Origin: Vicugna vicugna
Taxonomy: Eukaryota
Length of the DNA: 64,000 bases
NCBI GenBank assembly: GCA_013265495.1
Contig: MU058451.1
Span: 2,227,305-2,291,304, forward strand
Reading direction: 5' to 3'
The notes beneath the pieces were generated by a model that was given only the letters and a program-made list of their open reading frames with translations, had not been told where the DNA came from and ran no database searches. Positions 54,741 through 64,000 of this stretch are shown here, in pieces. The stretch's first letter is position 1. Each line of letters starts with the position of its first letter. Position numbers and translations under genes: made by a program.

Positions 54741-55277
54741 CTTAAACGAGTCAAAGATAATCACATTTTACCTACGATCAGTCCCGGGCTCCCACAACAA
54801 AAATATCAACAGCGAAGAGTACAGACTAAAAGACTGCTGCAACACACTGATCCCTAGACAATCAGCGAGTCTGAGTCTAAGAGGCTTAAGAGTCTCGAAA
54901 ACAAAACTTCAACTACCACCCTGGTTCAAGCCTCCAGCTCCACATGCTGTAAGCAAACGCCCGATGGCAAGGACGCCTGGGGCAAATGCCAGCCAATTCA
55001 GGGGTTCTGAGCCTCCCTTAAAAGAAGGTGGACTGGACAACCGGCCGGTCCCGCACAGACTCAACTCACACCGTGTTGCCGTATCTCCAAAGCCTTTGCC
55101 CCAAGGCCGCCTGAATTCCATCTTAACCTGGGACTACCACTAGTGTCACAAAACGTCACAAACACACAGATAAGTTGGCAAAAGTACTGGCTACAGTGGG
55201 AGCGGGGGAAAGTGCAACAAAAAGCCTCTGGTTTCAGGGATGGAGAAGGATTCTTCAGAAGACGAAGAGAAACTTAC

Positions 55278-55291
55278 TCTGCACCCTCCAT
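55278..55291 (-). CDS. RPL7: RPL7 exon 1, coding part (ATG GAG GGT GCA GA)
   Basis: Kozak ACCATGG; donor gtaagt. Total CDS 765 nt = 254 aa. Confidence 0.97.
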
Positions 55292-55345
55292 GGTTCCAGC
55301 CGGGAAAGAGGAAGTCGGCGCATGCGCGCTGTCCACTTAAAGACG
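55292..55345 (-). promoter_or_regulatory. RPL7: RPL7 5'TOP/TCT initiator, NRF1-like palindrome and weak TATA-like element
   Basis: Minus strand TTCCTCTTTCCC (TSS ~55311); GCGCATGCGC 55318-55327; CTTTAAG at 55336-55342 (about -28). Confidence 0.8.
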
Positions 55346-55648
55346 GCTAGCGTGAAGCCCCACGACTTATAGGTGTCCCGGGATAAGCCAGAAAAGAACT
55401 CAGAACTGAGAACTAGCCTTGCAGATGCAGAGTTAAGAACTGCCTGATTCAGCCTCTTACGATCAAGTTTCGGGTAAAATTTGTATCACAAAAATGAGTA
55501 CATTGGTTAGACTCTTTAATCAATATGATGAGAGCAAAGAGTGCTGACGCCTTGACTATTCGGGGTCCTAATCCCTTGGCTGCGTTGACAGCGTAGGGCT
55601 CGAATTCTACCCAGTGATATAGGCAAGTAACACGCCGCTGGGGCGCGA

Positions 55649-55668
55649 ACTACAAATCCCGGCATGCA
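55649..55668 (+). promoter_or_regulatory. ZNF143/THAP11-type motif
   Basis: ACTACAAATCCCGGCATGCA closely matches the ACTACAATTCCCAGCATGC consensus. Confidence 0.7.
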
Positions 55669-56184
55669 TCACTTTCCTTGCCCGCCTGGCGGGAGGGCAA
55701 TTCTTGACCGGGGCTGTAGAGGACCACAGAGGTGGTAATTCCAGCCGGGGAAATTGAGAGCCTTTTGGCCCACGTCCCTACGGTTCTAAGTCGCTCCCGG
55801 ATTTTGACCGCCTTCTCGGCTCTCTGCCAACCCTGGACGTAGACCGGCACGCCCGTTGCCGCGCTGCCGAGGTCCTTCTCTTCGTTTCTCCAGCCTGCAG
55901 GGCTGTCTTCCGCAGCGCCTGATCGCATGCGGGGCCACCCAGAGATCCCTGGTTAACGAAAGCGACGAGACAGGGACAAGCGAGGACCGGACGGCCGGAC
56001 AAGGGTGGCCGGGGCAATGCTGACCGTCCGGCCCGGCAGGCGGCGGCCGGGACACCCCACGGCGGGGGGCGTGAACCGCGAAGGGAGGTGCGAGAAGGCT
56101 GGAGGCTGCGGCCACGGCCATGTGAGAGGGGCTGCCCCGCCGCGGCCCAGGCCGATGCCGCCGCCGGCTCTTCCCGGTCGCGGG

Positions 56185-56192
56185 TTATATAG
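56185..56192 (+). promoter_or_regulatory. RDH10: TATA-like box of RDH10 (predicted TSS ~56215-56220)
   Basis: TTATATAG is an isolated AT patch in the CpG island, upstream of the CDS. Confidence 0.6.
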
Positions 56193-56544
56193 CGCGGAGT
56201 GTGGAGCCCGCTCAGAGGCGGCCGGGAGCGCTCCGACTTGCAAGCATCGCTGCGGAGCCCGGTGCCTGAGTGACAGCCTCGGGGAGTGCAGGGCACGGGG
56301 ACACGAGACCCGGGAGGCAGCTGCAAGCCGTTGGGGAGCGCTCGCCTGCACCGAGCGAGTCGCCCCTTCCTGGCGTTCCCGCTGCCCCGCACCCCACTCT
56401 CCCACCCTTTCGCAACTTGGGTCAAGTTGACAACTCCCGCGGCGGCCGGCCGGCCCGTGCCGTCTCCGCTGCGCGCCCCTCCCCCGGGGTGAAAGGGAGC
56501 CGCCGCGCCGGCTCCGGGGACGCTCGGGCGGCAGCGGCTTGGCC

Positions 56545-56568
56545 ATGAGAGCCGCGCACGCCTCCTAA
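56545..56568 (+). other. uORF in the RDH10 5' leader (MRAAHAS*)
   Basis: GCC ATG AGA GCC GCG CAC GCC TCC TAA; the only ATG between the predicted TSS and the main start. Confidence 0.6.
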
Positions 56569-56901
56569 GTCGCGGCTGTCACCGCCGCTGCATTGGGACC
56601 AGCCGGACGGGCGGGCGCTCCCGGACGGGCGGGCGGCCGCCGGCAGGAGGCGCCGAGCCGGGCGGCTTCGTGGAGGGCACAGCCCGGGGCCACCGCGCCG
56701 AGCCCGGGCGGGAGTGGCCCCGCGCAAGCAGAGAGCGGCGGCGCGCACTCCAGCCCGGCGGGCACCTCGGGGGCGGGCGCGGGGCGCAGCCTGCTCATCC
56801 CGGCCGCTCTGACAAGCGCCCCGGGGCCGGGAGCCCGGCTGCGCGGCGCGGGGTGGGCGCGGACGCGGGCGCTGGGCTCGTGCGGGGCCCCGGACGTCGC
56901 G

Positions 56902-57190
56902 ATGAACATCGTGGTGGAGTTCTTCGTGGTCACTTTCAAAGTGCTCTGGGCGTTCGTCCTGGCCGCGGCGCGCTGGCTGGTGCGGCCCAAAGAGAAGAGC
57001 GTGGCGGGCCAGGTGTGCCTCATTACGGGCGCCGGCAGCGGCCTGGGCCGCCTCTTCGCGCTCGAGTTCGCCCGGCGCCGGGCGCTGCTGGTGCTCTGGG
57101 ACATCAACACTCAGAGCAACGAGGAGACGGCGGGCATGGTGCGCCACATCTACCGCGACCTGGAGGCAGCGGACGCCGCGGCGCTGCAAG
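56902..57190 (+). CDS. RDH10: Retinol dehydrogenase 10, exon 1 coding part
   Basis: [59 protein letters not shown]...; SDR TGxxxGxG motif; donor CAAG|gtaacc; 289 nt. Confidence 0.98.
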
Positions 57191-58800
57191 GTAACCGGAC
57201 CTGCGCTCGAGCATTGTTGGGTCAAGCCTCTTCCCACCCCCGCGCCCTACCCAAGAGGGCCTCGAAACCCCACTGTCATAGGCAGACCTGCTCTCGAAGA
57301 AGAGCATCCCCCCACCCCCAGGGCGGTCTTCTGCGAGTGGAATTTGCCCCCTGATAAAGGAACATGATCACCTCTGTATTAGAAGGGAGAAAGTATGCCA
57401 AAGCCTTGTCTTAGCGGAGCTCCTGTCCCTTTGGGGACGACTGTGAGGTTTTCTAAGCCCTCTGAGGCTAAGGAAGTCCAGGGAACTTGTTACTACAGAT
57501 CTGAATCCTAAAGAAATGCCTCAGTCTGGTTTGCGATGGAAAACTAGAGTCTTTGGGAAGTTGTTCTCAGACTCGACTGATGCATATGTGTATGTCACTG
57601 CGGTCTCAACCTCCGAGATGAGGGCAGCATTGATGATTTCACTATAACTTTAGTCAGGAGGAAATAATTACATTGTTTCACCAGAGATAAGTCAGTACTT
57701 TAGTTACATACTCGGACTGATTGAAAGATACCCTGTCTCTTAAGGGAAAACGGTCGAAGGATTTAAGCCTTATTGTAAAATTTATTCCATGCGTGGGGTA
57801 ACCTTAGGAAATCTGCATTTTTGTATATTTATTAACTAACCTAAATCTGACGCTTTTTAAAGAAAAGGCCATAGTGGAGACCGTAAGTAACCATAAGTAT
57901 TGGTCCGGGAGATTTGATAGTGGCTCTTGATTTTTTACAATTTTTCATTTCCAGGGAAAACATTGAACTCTACCAGGAAGATTAGCTTGGGTACCACTCC
58001 ACCCTCATATTGATCGTTTGTCACCAAAATGTTTGGCACCTGCCTTTTAAGTCAGAAAATCAAAGGTCAAAAACGGTAGCAAATACAGATTTTTGTGCTC
58101 CCTGACAAGAAAGAAAGAACTGTATTCCAGGGAAGAGATTTGGATTTTTTAATTGAGTTCTTATGTGGTAAAACTGCATATTTACCTGTAAACTTGATTT
58201 ATGTGAGGGTGCTTCTTAGGGGAGTTTAGCTACTCCAGTTGGAATAAACCACTGTGACCCCCACTTTTTCATGAGAAACTTGAGGTTCATTTCTTGGCTT
58301 TGGATGAGTTCAGGTTATTAATTACAATTTTGATTTGTGAGCCTAGAGGTGAGTTTCCATTTTCAGAGTGTCTGTACTAAAGAGTAAAGAGCCGGCTTCT
58401 GGCCACTGTTCCCACCCAAAAAGAAGTGTGTGGTGTGTGTGTTTGGGAGGAGGGGGTGTTACTCTCTGGGCTGAGATCAGTTCATTCCAGGTGTCTTTAG
58501 CTCCAGGAAGCCAATCCCATGAGGTCTGACTTGTATTGGGCTTGTCACAATTACATGATTTTCCCCTAAGCAAAGTTATTCAGTAAATTACTGTAATTCC
58601 CAAAGACTTTTGGGGGAGGAAGGCAGCTGTAAGTTCAGTCATTGGCAAGCCTTAACTGTGTTAGAAATTTGAAGCTCACTGTAGTATTTTTGTTTTGTGT
58701 GATCTTTGTCCTCTTGACAGCCACGTGATTCACATTTTGCACTCCCTCCTCTTCTCTGTTCCATTTTTTTTTTCTCCTTCATCTGGACTTCTGAGGACAG

Positions 58801-59036
58801 CTGGGAATGGTGAGGAAGAAATTCTGCCCCACTGTAACTTGCAGGTTTTTACCTACACCTGTGATGTGGGGAAGAGGGAGAATGTCTACCTGACAGCAGA
58901 AAGAGTCCGCAAGGAGGTTGGCGAGGTCTCGGTTCTGGTCAATAATGCCGGCGTGGTGTCTGGGCATCACCTTCTGGAATGTCCTGATGAGCTCATTGAG
59001 AGAACCATGATGGTCAATTGCCACGCACACTTCTGG
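58801..59036 (+). CDS. RDH10: RDH10 exon 2 (the gene continues beyond the window)
   Basis: 236 nt, [86 protein letters not shown] motif; cag|...|gtaaat. Confidence 0.97.
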
Positions 59037-62000
59037 GTAAATATAAACATCCTTGTTTTTATTACTGGGCCCTCCTCAGCAAAAAGGCTGGGAAGGAGTG
59101 AGACTTCAGTACCAGCCTGAAAGCCACCTGCACTCTTTCACCACAAAGCTTCCTTCCAATTCCCTTCCCCCCCCCATGAGTTGCAACATATGCCAGTTAC
59201 TATTAAATTGTTGTTTTCTGCCACCAACCCCCCACCCCCGCCCCAGCCATTCAGTATTTCTGGAGAAGGTAGAGCACTGAACATTTTGAACTAGTTTGAA
59301 AGATTGCCATAAAAATAACAAGAGGGAGCATAAAACCCCGGGTTTGTTTATTTTACTTTCTGTTGAGTTTGTAAAACATTGGTTGTTCTTATGAATTCCT
59401 ATAGTCAGAGTTTAGGCTTCCAAATTACTGCTCAGCCACATTTCAGAAAGTGCCAAAGATTCTGAGATCAGCATTTGTGGTCCAGTGGGAGTGGTCAGGC
59501 CACCCTGGCAGTCGCTTAACATCCATTGATCATCCCTAGGGTCTGTGGCATTATCTTGTTGGAGTGAATCTCAGAACTTTCTCAGCTTAGAAGATGCCGT
59601 CTCTTCCGAGAACAGAAGTCACCCTGATAGGACCACAGAGTCCCTGTATAGGGAGCAGGGGGATTGTAAGACCTGGGGAACCAGGGACTTGCACCATATC
59701 AGCGTCTCACCATCAGAGTTATTACATCATTTAAGTAGATGAGAGGGGAGGGCCCTCTGCTCTGTGGGCAGAACTGACCCCCGTTTTCCAGCAGAACTGA
59801 TCTTCAGGAATGGTAGGTGCAACTATTTTCCCCTATAACTGTACACTCTTGACCCACTTTATGCTTTTCTTCCCCCTGTAGTAGTTCCCCGTTACTTTTG
59901 TAGGCAGGTGGGATCCAGGAAAGAAAGGGTAAGGAGATAACTTTTCTGTTGTTGTTTCCCTATAGGCGGGTTAGCCTTCTAACAGAGCACAACAAAGAAC
60001 TGTTTCTCCTAAATAGGTCACATTAAACCTCATTAATTTTTTAGCAATTGCTTAAAAACTTAATCTGGCTTTAGAAGTACTTATTCAAATGTTGCTCCTT
60101 GAACAGCAAACCATTTCTCTGATCCTGGAAGAAGCTTATTTTTAATGTTTTATTTTCAAACACGAGCTTTATTCATTTCCAAAGCTCTACAAATGAACGT
60201 ATAAATGACATGAGCTAAACTCATATCTATGCTTTAAATGAGGAAGGAGGTTACTCAATGCAGTTCGGAGGACTTTGAGTGTGCTTGTGTGTGCTTACGC
60301 TTGCGTAGGTGTGTGTATGTGTTGTGTGCAGTGGGGGTGGGGAAGAATATAGTCCTTGCTGCTGTGGGGGCCACAGGAACCTGTAGCAAGTGACAAGGGG
60401 GTGGATCGGGTGAGTAAAGGCCAGCACAACTGAATAAACTTGGCAGTACAGTTTATCAAGAATCTTGTGTTAATACTTCTGAGTAAAACAAGCAGCCGCT
60501 ATTGGAAATAAAAGGCATGTGTAAATTGCAGGTGGACTGTAGTTTTCATATTTAAAGACAAGTGAGGATGAGGCTGCCATAGAAACTCCAGCTAGGTATG
60601 AGCCGTAAACACCAGGGCTGGTTTTTTTCCCCCAATAATCTTTGAGATGGTGCATGGTGTCCAGACTATGAACTTTCACCTACGCAAAATACTCTGAAGT
60701 TTAACCATCCTGCCCACTTTCTCTGCATGATTATTTCTCTGAGTTGCACAGTTTCAAAAGTGACCAGATTTTTAAAGAAACCTCATACATTTTGCAATTA
60801 AATACTAGTAAGAAGAAAACAGCTTCTCTATGCTAGACATCCTATAAAAAGAGCTAGTTTAGAGTGTGTTAATGTTAAGTACACAAAATCCATCACCTCA
60901 GCTTGGAAAATGCACATTAGTTCATAGACAGGTGATACACTTTCTAACCTAAGGAGAAAATTGAATCAAACTTTCAATAGAAAAATTATTGTGGAACTGA
61001 ATCTATATATAAAGGAGGAGCAGGCCACCTTCCCAGAGTCCTTACTTTGCTTTCAGATGTTGCTTAACTACACAATTTAGGGAGTTCTTGGAAGCCTTGA
61101 CAGTAATGACGTCACTTCATATTAAAATATGGGAGGCTCCTGAATTCTCCAGCTGTTTTTCCCCTAAGCATCTGAACTTAAGAATTACAAAATTGAGTCA
61201 GAAAATTCATTTTAGAGTTGGAATTTCTGACTTCCTGCCAAGACCTATAAACCTTTTAAGAAGAGATCTAGCAACCAAAATTTAAAAAAAGACTTACTAT
61301 AATTTTTACAGTGATTTTGGGGGGGGGGGATTGGGGGGGTGCTTTAAGTATAAGAACCACTGAGTTCGGCTTCCCTTCCAGTAGTCCTTTTAGGTGAAAA
61401 TGTTCAAGGTAACTGTCCAAAGATATATTGGCCTGTACTGTTTTCCTTCCAGAAAAAATAACCAGCGTGTCTTTTTACTGTATCTGGGAGGGGAAAAGAA
61501 GTTGCCCCATGCATTTTAAAGAGTGGATCAGCCGAGCAAAGACTTGTTCAGTCATTTGAACAGATCATCTCGAGCCAGACTTTCAAGGAGCAGTCGATGT
61601 CTGTTTTCATAACATAATAAACCATATGTTGATCCTCACCCAGAGTTAAAGTCATAGGCAGGAAACTAGAAACCACATGGACTTCACTGAAGAGCTGTGG
61701 GCGCTCCTGCTTCAAACCATTGGTCACACTCTCCCTGCCTGGAAGGCCCTCTTCTCCGGGCTGTAGACCTTGTGAGGCCTACCTCGAGTTGTTAATCCAA
61801 GCTTCCATCCCCACTCCAGCCCCTTTCTGGCATCTAGCCTGTCGCTGCAAGGGTCCTTAGAGGTCATCTCTTCTGACCCCTTGTTTGCTGGAGAAGATGC
61901 AGTTAGATGACTCGTCTCTTCTTCCTATTGATCTCTCACAGCGTTTCCTATCATCCCCATCTTTTGTGCACAGTGTGTGCTCTTTGGTGTGACTTCTGCC

Positions 62001-64000
62001 ACATTGTGCCCTGAAACGCCCAAGTAGATGGCAGGCAGTCTGCAGGCAGTTTGTTATGGACATCTATTTGTTTTCCGCGGCCAGGACCAGAACTCACTCC
62101 TTGTCCCTCAAGAAATGTTTGATAATAGAGGCGAGGCTTCTGCTTAAATATTTAGAAGACAGCCTATTCAGAGACTGCGCACGTGGGTCTGGCTGCTGAA
62201 GTTTCAAGAGGTAAGCATTATGTTGGACTAATTCAAGCTGCGTATGATTGACAGGATCTCAGTGAGACGGGCTCACACTCGTTATTGTGTACATGTCCTT
62301 TTGTTTTCCTTCACGGCTTGTCCGTCCTCCCTGCCCCACCTCTGTGCTCATCCTCAGTGTTTTAACCCCGCTCGTTGGTGTGAGGCTAGTGACTGTGCGA
62401 AGGCTGTTGACAGACCAGTTTGAATCAGCTCAGTGTGAATATGTGGTGACCACGTGTGTCTCCCAGTGGCTGAGCCTCTAGAAGAGGATTCCTGCTGCAG
62501 TTCCTTCCTTGCTGCTTCTTAACCTCGGACCTATTCCTAAACGCGTTAGAAGTCTTTGCCATCCTTGGTGTTATTCTGCACAGCCCTCCAGTCTGCTGTG
62601 ATACGTCATCTGCCAGTGTTATCACCAGCAGCTCTCCTGGGCACCTTCTCTTGGTCACCAGTCAAGAAGTGATAGATGTGGGGCAGGTTCTAATCAGCAT
62701 AATCAAGAACATGAGAATGTATGCAATACCGTCCGTGCACTTGAACTTTGGCCTAAATCAGGAAAAAAAAAAAGAAAATCCATCCACTTAGGCTCTCTCA
62801 GTATCTGGGTGAGATGCAAAAGCTTGAAACTAGCCCTCTGATAGCCTTTGAAATATGGAAAGTTGGTCTTCATATAGGGACTGCCAACCCATGTTTCCCC
62901 CAAAACATTGCTGTTGCTTCACTTGTTATTTTTTTAGAGGAATCTTAAAAAATCTTAGCTTGCCATTCCTAAAAGACAAAGTTTATCTATAGATCCTTTT
63001 TGACCAAAGCTGCATTTGGCCTTTATGCGTGAGCCGCACATTGATCCCTGATTAGCCAAAAGGGGGAAGCAAAAGCATTTAACTCCAAGCCTTTTGTGTT
63101 CTGAAGAAATTTTGTGTGGTAAAGGACTAAATCTGTCAAATAGCTAGTCGGTAATTTACTTCTATTGATATGATAGTCAGACAAGATAATTGGTAGTTAA
63201 TTAATAGACCACTTAACTTAAAAGGTTTCACAGTTTTAAAATACTAATTACTGAATTAGGCATTTATCTATATCCAAATGTCTAAAGTCTATTTAGTTAA
63301 AATCCATCCAGGAAAAGTAAAAGCCCACCAGCTAGATCTGAGTAATGTGGCACTTAAAGACATTAGTGCTGCGGCTGTACCTAATAGCGCATGAATGGTC
63401 CCTAATCATTAATATTTTAAGTTCTTATGTGATTTACTTGTTTTTAATCTCAAATACTGTATTCCTCTGTTCTCTGGTTAGAGAAATCTACTTTTGTTCA
63501 AGGCTTCTTAGATTTAGAATTAAAAAAAAATTTCTAACATATTCTTATAAAACTTTTTGGCTGATACTGCCTCTAAACTGTAGTATTAAGAATTCTTAGA
63601 CTAAATATTTTATAGAGTATTATTTTCCTGTCTTAGGATTAGCTACTAAAAACTTGGAATTCTTGGCATATTTTTAAGTCTGTACTAGAGCTGGCTTTTG
63701 TTATTAAATAAATTCATAGGCATACAAATCAAATGTTGAGCTTTAGAAACAAACTTTTTATGTCTTGAACTGACCTGTAAATTGACCTAAGATAAGCATA
63801 CTTTATCTTATTAATTCTCATGGTCACAGTTAAAAACTGAGTTAAAACATCTCTTGCATGGATACCTGGAACTCAGTACACACCTAACAGGGTCATTTCA
63901 TAGCCTTTTGTTCCTAACGCAAAATAAGATCACATGCTCATTGAGCTTTGAGTTTGTATATTTGATACATTACATGCTGGACCCAAATCTAGTGCTATTA

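Larger units (their letters stand above)
55600..57330. promoter_or_regulatory. CpG island covering the RDH10 promoter and exon 1, adjacent to the RPL7 promoter
   Basis: Very high GC and CpG density. Confidence 0.9.

Noticed and set aside
55650..57307. Long antisense or alternative-frame ORFs (215, 197, 271, 181, 174 aa) over the RDH10 island
   Set aside because: CpG-island shadow ORFs; no homology recognised.

Overview
Mammalian genomic DNA, not prokaryotic. It is probably a camelid, inferred from a tRNA-Ala-derived SINE resembling vic-1. It appears syntenic with the human 8q21 C8orf89-RPL7-RDH10 locus. Bases 1 to ~27.8 kb are intergenic and repeat-rich (hAT fossil, L1, L2, MIR, MLT/ERV LTRs, SINEs). 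A complete C8orf89 orthologue lies on the minus strand: four core coding exons at 27991-36005, a probable extra upstream coding exon at 38998-39038, a probable 43-nt UTR exon at 42007-42049, and a CpG-island promoter at ~47.4-48.3 kb. A complete 7-exon RPL7 (minus strand, 254 aa) is head-to-head with RDH10 (plus strand; exons 1-2 only) across a CpG island. I found no evidence of a wholly new multi-gene system. The best leads are: (1) a 6-aa KVVPAK insertion at the start of RPL7 exon 2, forced by the splice sites; (2) a 26-aa N-terminal extension of C8orf89; (3) a single uAUG in the RDH10 leader, in frame with the CDS and separated from it by one stop codon; (4) a PBX-HOX-like intronic element; (5) an L1 internal fragment bounded by microhomology. 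Gene identities and comparisons with human or rodent come from my recollection of those proteins, not from database searches. Repeat boundaries without TSDs are approximate.
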